Shown one piece after another: positions 30,597 through 40,390 of a DNA stretch of 64,000 nucleotides. The stretch is taken from positions 4,224,001 through 4,288,000 of the forward strand of contig OZ252299.1 in NCBI GenBank assembly GCA_965250285.1, given 5' to 3'. Source of the DNA: Myxococcota bacterium (GTDB lineage: Bacteria > Myxococcota_A > UBA9160 > UBA4427). A program made the position numbers and the translations under genes. The notes under the pieces were generated by a model. The model was not told where the DNA came from and ran no database searches. It saw nothing but the letters and a program-made list of their open reading frames with translations. Each line of letters starts with the position of its first letter. Position 1 is the first letter of the stretch.

Positions 30597-31499
30597 TCAG
30601 CGCCCGAACCCGGCCGCGTTCAGCGCACGCACCAGCCCCTCGGGAGTGTCGGGCGAGCCCATCAGCAGCGCCGGCGTGCAGATCGTCGCGACGCTCTCGC
30701 GCTCGCCATCGCTCACCTTGAGGGTTCGCGGCAGGTAGACATCCGTGTCACCGGCGAGGATCGAGAAGAGGCGCTCGTCCTCGACGTCGAGCAGACCGAG
30801 ATCGTCATTGGCCTGCACCGCCTTCAACATCACGTGCTTCGCGTTCTTCGGATCGGTGATCCAGGCGACGGCGTCGAGTCCGCCGTTCGCGAGCTTCACG
30901 AGCGCGGCTTCGCCGTCGGTGTAGTCGACCCCGGCGTTCGACTGTTCGGGCAGCACGCTCGCCAAGTGGATCCAGGTCTCGGCCATGCCGCCCTCCTCGG
31001 GACCGACGCCGACGAGCGCCTCGCGATCCCCGACGTTGCGCGCGAGATCGTCGAACGAGTCGATCGGCGACCCCTCGAGGTACGCGACGAAAACGCACTC
31101 CTCGGCGAGCAGCGCGATGATGTCGAGGGGCGCGAAGACCGTCGGCTCTTCGGCGATGCGACTCGCGAACACGTCGCCCTGCGCCAGTGCGAGCTCGACC
31201 TCTCCTTCGGAGAGCAGATCGAGGTTCTCGGTCGAGCCGGCCGTGGGGCGGGACGTGATCTTCCACGACACCACGCGGGCATCGATCTCTTCGCCATAGC
31301 GTTCATAGCTGCCACCGGCGACGCCGCTCGCGATCGTCACCTCGCTGATCACCGTCTCGCTCTCGGTCGGCTCCGCAACGGCTGCCTCGGGCGGCGGGGC
31401 TGCCTCGGGCGGCGGCGTGGTCGGCTGATCTCCACACGCGACGAAACCGAGAACGAACACACAGATGAGAACGATCGGGCGGCGAAGAACGAAGGGCAT
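30597..31499 (-). CDS. TAXI-family solute-binding lipoprotein
   Basis: FVA-C lipobox, IASGVAGGSY, TAGSTENL, LALAQGD, GVGPEEGG. Confidence 0.78.
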   Translation of the reverse strand: MPFVLRRPIVLICVFVLGFVACGDQPTTPPPEAAPPPEAAVAEPTESETVISEVTIASGVAGGSYERYGEEIDARVVSWKITSRPTAGSTENLDLLSEGEVELALAQGDVFASRIAEEPTVFAPLDIIALLAEECVFVAYLEGSPIDSFDDLARNVGDREALVGVGPEEGGMAETWIHLASVLPEQSNAGVDYTDGEAALVKLANGGLDAVAWITDPKNAKHVMLKAVQANDDLGLLDVEDERLFSILAGDTDVYLPRTLKVSDGERESVATICTPALLMGSPDTPEGLVRALNAAGFGR

Positions 31500-31686
31500 G
31501 CGAAACCTCGTCTGGATGGAGCGCAGCGCTCGAAGGGGCGCCGCGCTCGATTGAACACGGCACTCGATGGGGGCTGCGCTCGGTCGCACGCGGCGCTCGC
31601 CCACCGAGTCCGCGCGGTATGTCGCTGCTCGGTTCGGTCGCTCGATGCTAGCTTGTGTCCCCGGGGCCCGGGGTGACCCCGTCGGC

Positions 31687-31980
31687 ATGCTCGAGCCATC
31701 GACTGACCGACCGCCTGCACGCGCCCTCGATGTACCCGACCCACGAGCCCAACCGTTGCCGACGCACCCCACCCAACAGGCCGAAGAGGCGATCCGACGC
31801 ATCGCGGCCGACGCGCGCGTCCCTCTGCCGCCGGCGCGGCCGGTGCCGGGCGAGTGCTGCGATCGCGGCTGCGATCCGTGTGTCTGGGACTACTGGCGGC
31901 GGGGCCTCGAGCGCTGGGCCGATCGCCATGGGTTGACGGACCAGGTCGCGCGGGTGCTCGCACAGGACGCCGAGCGCTGA
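31687..31980 (+). CDS. Small stand-alone oxidoreductase-like domain (Oxidored-like) protein
   Basis: PPARPVPGECCDRGCDPCVWDYW..LERW; start uncertain. Confidence 0.75.
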   Translation: MLEPSTDRPPARALDVPDPRAQPLPTHPTQQAEEAIRRIAADARVPLPPARPVPGECCDRGCDPCVWDYWRRGLERWADRHGLTDQVARVLAQDAER

Positions 31981-31990
31981 GACCGGACGC

Positions 31991-33499
31991 TCAACCGCGC
32001 GCCTTCGGTTCGGCGGCGACGATCTCCTGCGCACGTGCTTCGACGCGCGTCCCCTCGAAGAACCCGGGATTGAGTCGCGTATAGAAGCGGATCGGGTTGT
32101 CGCAGACGAACGCACGGAAGTCGTCGTCGTCGATCAGCTCTTTCTCGACCAGCTCGTAGGCTTCGGGCAGGATCTCGCCCATGTCGCGGACATCCCAGTG
32201 ACCCATGTCCGAGCTGAACATCGCATTGAGTCGCATGCCGAGGGCGTTGAAGCGACGGTCGAACGCGAGCGCCACACCCGGGTCGTCGGCCTCGCAGCCG
32301 AAGAAGAATGCGTCGACGAAGCGCGCTTCGAAGTCCCCCTCATGCTCGATGCCGCAAGCCTCCCACTCGTCGAGAAACGGGGGCTCGGGCTCGAGCTTCG
32401 CGAGCGCATCGGCGAGCCCCGGTACGTCGGCATGAAAATGAGCGTCACCGTACGCAGCGAAGAGCTCGACGATCAGGTCGAGATCGAGGCGCTTCGGGTC
32501 GAGGTGTGAGATCGACTCGCAATTGCGCTTCTCCCAGTGGCCGACGATGTCGGCGAAGAGCTGACACGCCCACGATACGCCCCCCTCGAGCAGCCCGAAG
32601 CCGAGCTCGGGGAACCGCTTCGTGACGCCCCCCATGAAGAGCGCACGACACTGCGCCTCCATGCTCGCACCGAACGATCCGATGTGGTTCGCCATGTAGT
32701 TCGAGACCGATCGCCGGCTGCCCCAGCCCATGCCGGGCGTGTGTGATGCAGGCACGACACCGAGCTCGACGCAACGCCGCCAGAACGGATCGTAGTCGTG
32801 GGCGCTGTCGAGCGAGAGACAGTCGAGCCACTCCCCCGACCCGGATCCCCACGTGGGCAGCTTCGGATCGCGCGGCCCCGCGGCGCCCGTGATCGGGCGA
32901 TGGACGAGACCGTTGATCATGATCGCCTTCAGCCCGAGTTCGCCCACGGCATGCTCGAGTTCGGCGATCGCCTCGTCGGGGGTGTTCATCGGAATGTGCG
33001 CCGCCGGCGTCATCCGGTCGGCATAGGGCGCATAGACCTCGGCGTTGAACGCATTGAGCGCGCGACACGCGACCTGGCGCACCTCGTCGTCGCGGATCGC
33101 CGTGGTGGTGAGCGTGCGGCTCCCATAGAGGACCGCGAAATCGAGACCGAGGTCGTCGAGCCGCTCGTACATCAGCTTGGGGATGTGCGACGTCGCCCGG
33201 TCGAGGCTGTTCGCCGCGGGCAGCGACCACCAGGACGGCCGAGTCGCCCAGTTCGCACGCCGCTCTTCCCAACTGAGGCGACTCCACGGCCGCAGCACCA
33301 TCTCGTCGAAGTCCATGCCGCCCGAGCGGCGAAACTTCTCGGCGAGGTCACCGCCGCCGATCTGCTTCACGTAGTCTTCGAAGAAGGGCAAGAAGACCGG
33401 CGCCGTCTCGATGATGTGACCGTCGGCGTCGACGACCGGGTGGCCGAGCTTCGCGCGCAGACGGCCCGCGGGCGTGTCTCCGGTGCCGATCTTCATCAC
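31991..33499 (-). CDS. Amidohydrolase family (Amidohydro_2) protein
   Basis: VVDADGHIIE, YDPFWRRCVELG, GGVTKRFPEL, FFFGCEADD, FSSDMGHWD. Confidence 0.88.
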   Translation of the reverse strand: MMKIGTGDTPAGRLRAKLGHPVVDADGHIIETAPVFLPFFEDYVKQIGGGDLAEKFRRSGGMDFDEMVLRPWSRLSWEERRANWATRPSWWSLPAANSLDRATSHIPKLMYERLDDLGLDFAVLYGSRTLTTTAIRDDEVRQVACRALNAFNAEVYAPYADRMTPAAHIPMNTPDEAIAELEHAVGELGLKAIMINGLVHRPITGAAGPRDPKLPTWGSGSGEWLDCLSLDSAHDYDPFWRRCVELGVVPASHTPGMGWGSRRSVSNYMANHIGSFGASMEAQCRALFMGGVTKRFPELGFGLLEGGVSWACQLFADIVGHWEKRNCESISHLDPKRLDLDLIVELFAAYGDAHFHADVPGLADALAKLEPEPPFLDEWEACGIEHEGDFEARFVDAFFFGCEADDPGVALAFDRRFNALGMRLNAMFSSDMGHWDVRDMGEILPEAYELVEKELIDDDDFRAFVCDNPIRFYTRLNPGFFEGTRVEARAQEIVAAEPKARG

Positions 33500-34038
33500 G
33501 GTGCACCTTCTCGTGTCTCGTGAGACGCCGCTCGCAGTCGCGCCGCCTCCGCCCGGACCTGGGGCAAGACGTCGGCCACGGCCGCGCGGTCGATGAGATC
33601 AGCCACGTCGGCCGCCCCGGCGCGCATCAGGAGCGCAGGAAGCCGACGCTCGATGCTCTCGAGCGCGAACTCGACCGGATCGCCCATGGCCACCGGATCC
33701 ATATGAAGCATCTCGTTCGTGTGCGCACGCCACGAGATGTAGTGGTAGTGCGGGTCTTCGAGAAAGCAGTCGAAGCGCAGCAGCTCGCGCTCCTCTCCAT
33801 CCTGATTCGCGCAGACGTGGATCGCGACCCCGCGATCGTCGAGGTCGGTCGTTTGACCTCGCTCGTCCCCACGCGCCGACTCGAGCTGCGCGGCCGCGAC
33901 GATGGCGTCGTCGAGGCGTCGGTACTCGACGCCGAGACGCAGCCCCCCCGCGTCGAACCACGTCGTGTGCGCCTCGATCGGTGGAATCGGCATGACGCTG
34001 TAACGAGTGATGTGGTCGGCCATCTTCACCCAGGACAC
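33496..34038 (-). CDS. Conserved hypothetical protein (RFDCF..PHYHY motif)
   Basis: Stop overlaps the amidohydrolase start; DRGVAIHV..ELLRFDCFLEDPHYHY. Confidence 0.7.
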   Translation of the reverse strand: MSWVKMADHITRYSVMPIPPIEAHTTWFDAGGLRLGVEYRRLDDAIVAAAQLESARGDERGQTTDLDDRGVAIHVCANQDGEERELLRFDCFLEDPHYHYISWRAHTNEMLHMDPVAMGDPVEFALESIERRLPALLMRAGAADVADLIDRAAVADVLPQVRAEAARLRAASHETREGAP

Positions 34039-34050
34039 ACGCAGCGCGCG

Positions 34051-35508
34051 TCAACGCTCGACGGTGAGCACGCGCACCATGCTCGTACTGCCCGACTCAC
34101 GCTCGACGCCGTGGGTCACGACGAGCAGGTCGCCGAGCTGGATGAACCCGAGCTCGCGCCCCCGCTCGATCGCGAAGGCGAGCAGCTCCGTATCCGATCG
34201 ACCCTCTGGCGCACGCATGCCGATCACGCCCCAGTTCATCGCGAGGCGGCGAACGACCTCGGCATGCGGCGTGACCGCCAGGATCGGGCACGAAGGTCGA
34301 AACTTCGAGATCGACCGGCTGGTGAAGCCCGACTCGGTGAGGGTGACGATGGCCGCGGCGCCGAGTCGATTCGCCATGCCGATCGCACCGTGGCTCACGG
34401 CATCGGTGACCTTCTCTTCGGCGGCCTCGACGTGCTGCTGCAGATGTCCGTACTCGCCCAGCGATGCCTCGGCCGAGAGCGCCAGTGCCGCCATCGTGCG
34501 CACCGATTCGACCGGGTGCCGGCCGCTCGCCGTCTCGCCCGAGAGCATCACGGCCGACGTGCCGTCGAAGATCGCGTTCGCCACGTCGCTCACCTCGGCG
34601 CGCGTCGGCGTGGGGTTGCGCTCCATCGAGTCGAGCATCTGGGTGGCCGTGATGACCGGCTTCCCGTTCTGCACCGTCTCGTGGATGATCTGCTTCTGGA
34701 CGACCGGCACGTCCTGCAGCGGCACTTCGACCCCGAGATCGCCGCGCGCGACCATCGTGCCGTCGGCCGCGCGGATGATCTCGTCGAGATTGTCGACGCC
34801 TTCTCGGCTCTCGATCTTCGCGATGATCGGGATCTGCGCCCCTGCCTCGTCGAGCAGCGCGCGAATCGCGTGGACGTCGGAGGCGCCGCGCACGAACGAC
34901 GCAGCGATGTAGTCGATGCCCTGCTCGAGGGCGAACGAGATGTCGAGACGATCCTGTTCGGTCATCTCTTCGCGAGGCAGGCGCAGGTCGGGCACGTTGA
35001 TGCCCTTCAGGTCGCCGAGGGTGCCGCCGCGGACGACCTCACAGCGCACCCGCTCACTCGTGACTTCGCGCGCGATCAGCTCGATCTGGCCGTCGTCGAC
35101 GAGCACGCGCGTCCCTTCGACGACATGGTCGAAGAACGAGGGATGGGTGATCGACACACCCGTCGCATCGCCGAGCCGGTCGACGGGACGAAGCTCGAAC
35201 GAGGCCCCGACCTCGAGCTCGGCCTTGCCTCCCTCGAGTCGACGCGTCCGGATCTCGGGGCCCCGGGTATCGATGAGGGTCGCGACCGGCCAGCCCGCGT
35301 CGGCGGCAGCCGAACGAATCCGCTCGAGTCTCCGGTGATGCTCCTCGTGCGTGCCGTGCGAGAAGTTGAGACGCGCGACGTTCATGCCCGCCTCGATCAT
35401 CGACTTGATGATGGCGGGATCATCCGAAGCCGGACCGATCGTCGCGACGATCTTCGTCTTTCGCAGTGCGGCTCGATTCAAGCCTTCGTCCCCTCGCTCG
35501 ATGCGCAC
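34051..35508 (-). CDS. pyk: Pyruvate kinase
   Basis: KTKIVATIGPAS, ARLNFSHG, GPEIRT, AKIE, MVARGDLGVE, ATQMLDSM, PTRAEVSDVANA; start may be TTG 35481. Confidence 0.97.
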   Translation of the reverse strand: MRIERGDEGLNRAALRKTKIVATIGPASDDPAIIKSMIEAGMNVARLNFSHGTHEEHHRRLERIRSAAADAGWPVATLIDTRGPEIRTRRLEGGKAELEVGASFELRPVDRLGDATGVSITHPSFFDHVVEGTRVLVDDGQIELIAREVTSERVRCEVVRGGTLGDLKGINVPDLRLPREEMTEQDRLDISFALEQGIDYIAASFVRGASDVHAIRALLDEAGAQIPIIAKIESREGVDNLDEIIRAADGTMVARGDLGVEVPLQDVPVVQKQIIHETVQNGKPVITATQMLDSMERNPTPTRAEVSDVANAIFDGTSAVMLSGETASGRHPVESVRTMAALALSAEASLGEYGHLQQHVEAAEEKVTDAVSHGAIGMANRLGAAAIVTLTESGFTSRSISKFRPSCPILAVTPHAEVVRRLAMNWGVIGMRAPEGRSDTELLAFAIERGRELGFIQLGDLLVVTHGVERESGSTSMVRVLTVER

Positions 35509-35547
35509 CGCAGAGGATAACGCCCGCGCGCGCTCTGGGGACCGGGC

Positions 35548-36582
35548 CTACTCGAGATCGCCGATTCGGCAGAGCTGCTTGCCGAGGTTCTTGCCCTCGA
35601 AGAGTCGGTTGAGGCAGGCGGGCACGTTCTCGAAGCCCTCCTGCACGTCGACCTCGGCGACGAGCTCGCCCGCGGCGGCCCACTGCCCCATGTCGGCGAT
35701 CGCCTCGGGCGTGCGCGAGATGTAGTCCATCACGATGAAGCCCTCCATGCGGCACCGCCGGATGACGAGCTCCATGATGTTGCTCGGCCCGGGTCGCGGC
35801 GTCTCCTCGTTGTAGCCCGAGATGCCTCCGCAGAGCACGATCCGGCCGCCCTGAGCCATGTTGACCAGCGCCGAGTTCAGGATGTCGCCGCCGACGTTGT
35901 CGAAGAAGACGTCGATGCCCTTGGGACATTCCTCGCGCATCCGCCGCCCGACGTTTTCGCTCTTGTAGTCGATCGCGGCATCGAGCTTGGCCTGCTCGAT
36001 GAGCCACTTGCACTTCTCGGGACCACCGGCGATCCCGACGACCTTCGAAGCCCCTTTGATGCGAGCAATCTGTGCAGCCACCGAGCCCGTCGCGCCCGCC
36101 GCACCGGACACCAGCACGACGTCCCCTTCCTTCGGCTGCCCGACGTCGAGCAGGCCGAAGTAGGCGGTGAAACCGGTGATGCCGAAGATCGAGAGCATCT
36201 GCTCGGGCGTGGCCCCCGGCGGCAGCTTCGTCGCGGTCCCGAACATCGTCGGGCGCTCGAGGTCGACCACCGCGTACTCCTGCCAGCCGGCCATGCCCGA
36301 CACGATGTCGCCCACTGCGAGCTTGGGCGACGCGCTCTCGATCACCTGGCCGACGGTCGCTGCCCGCATGACCTCGCCGATGCCGACGGGCGGGATGTAG
36401 CTCGGACGATCGTCGAGCCAACCGCGCATCGCGGGATCGAACGCGACGAGCAGCGTCTTGACCAGCACCTGACCGTCTTCGAGCGCGGGCGTCTGCTCTT
36501 CGATCAGATCGAAGTTCGCCTGGCTGACCATGCCCTTCGGTCGGCTCTTGAGGACCCATTTGCGGTTGGTTCGAGATGCCAT
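35548..36582 (-). CDS. NADP-dependent oxidoreductase (MDR, CurA/prostaglandin reductase-like)
   Basis: DPAMRGW, GFTAYFGL, VSGAAGATGS, FFDNVGG, GKNLGK. Confidence 0.92.
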   Translation of the reverse strand: MASRTNRKWVLKSRPKGMVSQANFDLIEEQTPALEDGQVLVKTLLVAFDPAMRGWLDDRPSYIPPVGIGEVMRAATVGQVIESASPKLAVGDIVSGMAGWQEYAVVDLERPTMFGTATKLPPGATPEQMLSIFGITGFTAYFGLLDVGQPKEGDVVLVSGAAGATGSVAAQIARIKGASKVVGIAGGPEKCKWLIEQAKLDAAIDYKSENVGRRMREECPKGIDVFFDNVGGDILNSALVNMAQGGRIVLCGGISGYNEETPRPGPSNIMELVIRRCRMEGFIVMDYISRTPEAIADMGQWAAAGELVAEVDVQEGFENVPACLNRLFEGKNLGKQLCRIGDLE

Positions 36583-36804
36583 CGGTGCGGCCTCCAGCAC
36601 GCTGCGAACGGGGCAGCGCGCGGTCGGGGGGTGAGATCGAGACGTGCGAGCCTATCGCATCGAAGGCACGGGGCGGCGCTTGCCCGGCTTCAGCCCGGGC
36701 CGATCCCCCCCACCCGCCGGGTGTCGCCGCCGGATATACTCGCCGGGTCGAGGTGCAGGCCCATCGACGCCGCATTCGCGCTGCTCGCGCACCGGGACCC
36801 GCCG

Positions 36805-39369
36805 ATGATCGCTCGCTCCATCCTGATCCGTACCGTGCTCGCCGCCGCGCTCCTCGGAGCGTGGGCCGCGACCGCGGCCGACCCGGCGCCGACCGACCCG
36901 CCGGTCGACGAGGCCGCGCTGGGCGAGGCCGAAGCGGCTCGCGCCGACCTCGAGGGCGCGACGGCCATCGAAGCATTGCCCGCGGAGGGCGCCGCCTCTG
37001 CGTCCGCCTCTGCCCCCGCCCCCGCGCCCGCCCTCGCGCCCGCCCCCGCCCCCGATGGCGCGGAGGCCGCCGGAGCCGCCCCGAAGGCCGACGACGCCAC
37101 GGCCGAGACCGATGATCCCACCGCGATCGACCCCGCGGCCCTCTACGGCGTCCAGGCCGACGAGGTCAGCAGCTGGCGGCGGCGGGTCGACGCCCTCGAG
37201 CTCGGCCTGGCCACCGGCCAGCACGGTCCGGCCGACGTGAACGCGCTCTACGGCGAGCTCTCGGCCGAGCTCTGGCCGATGCAGGAGGAGGTGCACGACG
37301 CGATCCACGCCGACGCGTCCGACCTCATCGAGCGACATGCTGCACTCGCCGAGCTCTACGGGCTTCGCAGCCGCCTCTTTCCGCTGCTCTCGCGCGACCT
37401 CTACTTCAAGCTCACGGGTCTGAGCGCGCTCGGCCGCGCCGAGGCCGGGCGCGAGCTCGACTACTTCTCGGCCAACATCGAGTACCAGCAGCACATCTTC
37501 GAGGGCGGCCTCTTTCACCTCTGGTCGGCCTTCGAGGCCGAGCCATTCACCGCGCTCTGGCGCGCGTTCCAGATCGTCCTCGCATGCGTCGCGTTCCGCT
37601 GGTGGCGGCGGTGGGCGAAGCGCGGCATCCCCGACATGCGGACACGCCTCGTCTCGAGCCGGCCGCGCACCGCCAGCGCGCTGCGACGCGCGCGCGTCCT
37701 CTGGTACGTCGATCGCGTGCGCCGCCCGCTCGAGTGGCTGGCCCTGCTCTGGCTCGTCGCGGGGTGGATGCAGCCGCCCGGCTTCGAAGAGGTCTCGACG
37801 CTCGTCCAGACGATCGTGAAATGGCTGTTCATCGGGACCGCCACCGTGCTGCTGATCGATGCGCGGGCTGCACGCCACGCGCGACGCTCGAAGTCGGACA
37901 CGAACCGGCTGCGCATGCGCTCGCTGCGCCTCGTTGGCTACGGCGGCGTGCTCTTCGGGCTCGCGCTCGATCTCACCGATCGCTACGCGGGCACCGGCGT
38001 GATGCACGCCTGGGTCGTGCGCGCCGGGCTCACGCTCGCGCTGCCAATGCTCCTGCTGCTGCTCCACTGGTGGAGGCAGCCGATCTTCGATCGCCTCGAG
38101 GAGCGCGCCAGCGGGTCGGATCAGGCCCAGCGCCTGCTCGCCCGCCGATCGGGGTTCGGGAGCTACACCGCGGCCATGCTCGCCGGGCTCTATCTGCTTC
38201 GCGACTCCACGCTTCAGGTCATCGTGCGCGTGCTCTCGGGCTACGAGGTGGGCCGTCGCATCGTGGCGCAGCTCGTCCGCCGCGAGGTCGCCAGGGAGGG
38301 CGAGCACGAGTCGCGCCCCGACGAGACGCCGATCGCCGACGAGATCATCCTGCCGCTCATCGCCGCTCGCCAGGTGCGCATCGACGAGATCGCCAAGACC
38401 GAGCTCGGTCTGATGTACGCGTCGATCACGGCCCGCGCCGGGGGCGCGTGGGCCGTGATCGGCGAGCGCGGCGCAGGCAAGACGATCTTCCTCGAACGAC
38501 TGGCCGAGCGCTTCGACGGCGGCATGCGGATCGTGCGATGCCCCGTCGGCGGGTACGAAGCGCTCGAGCGGGCGATCGCCGAGGCATTCGAGATCGAGCC
38601 CGGCGAAGGCTTCGCCGCGCGCCTCGATGGTGCCCTCGAGAAGGAAGGGGTCATCGCGATCGGGCTCGACGATCTGCATCGACTGCCGCGGCCCTGGCTC
38701 GGCGGCCAGCGCGGGCTGGGTCACCTCGCCGATCTGATCGGGCAGCTCGATCAAGACGTCGATTGGATCTTCTCGTTCGACCGCAACGCGTGGCGCTACA
38801 CGATGCTGGCCGGGGGCGAGAGCGCGCTGCTGCACGATGCGATCGAGCTGCCCGCGTGGACCGAAGAGCAGCTGGCCGAGCTGGTCGACCGAAGGGCCGA
38901 CGCGATCGAGCTCGAGCCCGACTACGAGCAGATGGTGCTGCCGCGCCAGCTCGACGCGGGTGAGCACGACGACGACGAGCAGCGCAACCGATTCGGCTAT
39001 GCGCGCATCCTCTGGGAGCTGGCAGACGGCAACCCCGAGGTCTCGCTCTATCTCTTTGCCGAGAGCCTCCGGCGCCGGCCCGATGGCAACGTGATCCTGC
39101 GGCTCCCCCAGCTCTCGTCGCCCGACTCCCTCGTGAATGCGCACCACGACGCCATGCTCGTGCTGCGCGGTCTGGTCCAGTGTGACGTCGCCTCGGCCGA
39201 AGACCTCGCGCGCGGGCTGCAGATGACGGTCGAGCGGGTCGAGCAGGTGCTGAGCTTCTGCGGACAGAACGGCTGGGTCACGACCGAGTACGGTGGCTAC
39301 CGGGTTTCATGGCGCTGGTTCCGATCGGTCACGCGCGCCCTGGTTCGCCAGAACCTGATGACCCGGTGA
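36805..39369 (+). CDS. Large membrane protein with C-terminal P-loop NTPase (AAA-like) and probable winged-helix domain
   Basis: Signal peptide, Ala/Pro linker, about 6 TM segments, Walker A GERGAGKT, Walker B IGLDD, ADGNP motif. Confidence 0.8.
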   Translation: MIARSILIRTVLAAALLGAWAATAADPAPTDPPVDEAALGEAEAARADLEGATAIEALPAEGAASASASAPAPAPALAPAPAPDGAEAAGAAPKADDATAETDDPTAIDPAALYGVQADEVSSWRRRVDALELGLATGQHGPADVNALYGELSAELWPMQEEVHDAIHADASDLIERHAALAELYGLRSRLFPLLSRDLYFKLTGLSALGRAEAGRELDYFSANIEYQQHIFEGGLFHLWSAFEAEPFTALWRAFQIVLACVAFRWWRRWAKRGIPDMRTRLVSSRPRTASALRRARVLWYVDRVRRPLEWLALLWLVAGWMQPPGFEEVSTLVQTIVKWLFIGTATVLLIDARAARHARRSKSDTNRLRMRSLRLVGYGGVLFGLALDLTDRYAGTGVMHAWVVRAGLTLALPMLLLLLHWWRQPIFDRLEERASGSDQAQRLLARRSGFGSYTAAMLAGLYLLRDSTLQVIVRVLSGYEVGRRIVAQLVRREVAREGEHESRPDETPIADEIILPLIAARQVRIDEIAKTELGLMYASITARAGGAWAVIGERGAGKTIFLERLAERFDGGMRIVRCPVGGYEALERAIAEAFEIEPGEGFAARLDGALEKEGVIAIGLDDLHRLPRPWLGGQRGLGHLADLIGQLDQDVDWIFSFDRNAWRYTMLAGGESALLHDAIELPAWTEEQLAELVDRRADAIELEPDYEQMVLPRQLDAGEHDDDEQRNRFGYARILWELADGNPEVSLYLFAESLRRRPDGNVILRLPQLSSPDSLVNAHHDAMLVLRGLVQCDVASAEDLARGLQMTVERVEQVLSFCGQNGWVTTEYGGYRVSWRWFRSVTRALVRQNLMTR

Positions 39370-39401
39370 GCCGGTCGACCCAAGCGATGCGGAGGATCCT
39401 C

Positions 39402-40361
39402 ATGAAGCCCGCCCAACGAAGACTGCCCGAGCGCCTCACCCTCGCCTTCGCGCTTGCCCTCGCACTTACCCTCTCGACTGCCGCCTCGGCACAGGATCCG
39501 ACTGAGGCCGTTCAGTCGGTCACGACGCTCGCGAACATGGTTCGCTGGGGCGGGCTGCTCGCTTCGCTCGTTGTGATCGCGGCGGCCTCGCTCCTGCTGT
39601 CGTTCCTCGACCGCATTGCTTCGGGGCTTGGGGGTTCGTTCGCCGAGTACCGGCTCACGATCCAGAAGGTCGCGGCGTTCACCCGCTTCGGCGTCTACTT
39701 CGTGACGATTCTCATCGTCGTGATGCTCTCGTTTCGCATCAGCCGCGAGGTGCTCGCGATCCTCGGCGGTACCGCGGCCGTTGCCATCGGCTTCGCAATG
39801 AAGGATCTCGTCAGCTCGATCGTCGCCGGTGTGATGATCATGTTCGATCGCCCCTTCCAGGTCGGCGACCGCGTGAGCTTTGGCGGGCAGTACGGCGACA
39901 TCCTGAACATCGGCCTGCGTTCGGTGAAGCTGCGCACGCTCGACGACTCGATCGTGACGATCCCGAACAACCTCTTCCTGAACGAAGTCACGTCGTGCGG
40001 CAACTACGGCGTCGCCCACATGCAGATCGTCGTCGACTTTCTGATCGACGCCGACGCCGACGCGACGCGGGCCCGCAACATCGTGCGAGAGGCCGCCGCC
40101 ACCAGCCGCTACATCCACCTTCAGAGCCCGCTCGTCGTGCTGGTGAATCAGGTGGTCGAAGGCAGCTACGTCGCCATTCGAGTTCGGCTCAAGGTCTACG
40201 TGCTCGACACGCAGCACGAGAAGAGCTTCGAGACCGACGTCACCCTTCGCGTACTCGACGCCTTCCGCGCCGAGGGCATCCGACCGCCCGCCGTACTGCA
40301 CCGAGGTCGCGACGAAGACCTGCCGCCCGCGGCGCTTCGGGCGGTCGAAACCGGCGGCTAG
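39402..40361 (+). CDS. Small-conductance mechanosensitive channel (MscS family)
   Basis: AIGFAMKD..AG, RPFQVGDRV, IGLRSVKLRTLD, TIPN; GGAGG RBS; alternative GTG at 39366 overlaps the upstream stop. Confidence 0.9.
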   Translation: MKPAQRRLPERLTLAFALALALTLSTAASAQDPTEAVQSVTTLANMVRWGGLLASLVVIAAASLLLSFLDRIASGLGGSFAEYRLTIQKVAAFTRFGVYFVTILIVVMLSFRISREVLAILGGTAAVAIGFAMKDLVSSIVAGVMIMFDRPFQVGDRVSFGGQYGDILNIGLRSVKLRTLDDSIVTIPNNLFLNEVTSCGNYGVAHMQIVVDFLIDADADATRARNIVREAAATSRYIHLQSPLVVLVNQVVEGSYVAIRVRLKVYVLDTQHEKSFETDVTLRVLDAFRAEGIRPPAVLHRGRDEDLPPAALRAVETGG

Positions 40362-40390
40362 ACACGGCGAAGAGCGCGGGCGCCGCTGCG

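Noticed and set aside
36990..37060. Low-complexity GCCCCC repeats, and the 18-bp duplication near 31381-31416
   Set aside because: They encode ordinary Ala/Pro linkers (APAPAP; PPPEAA twice).
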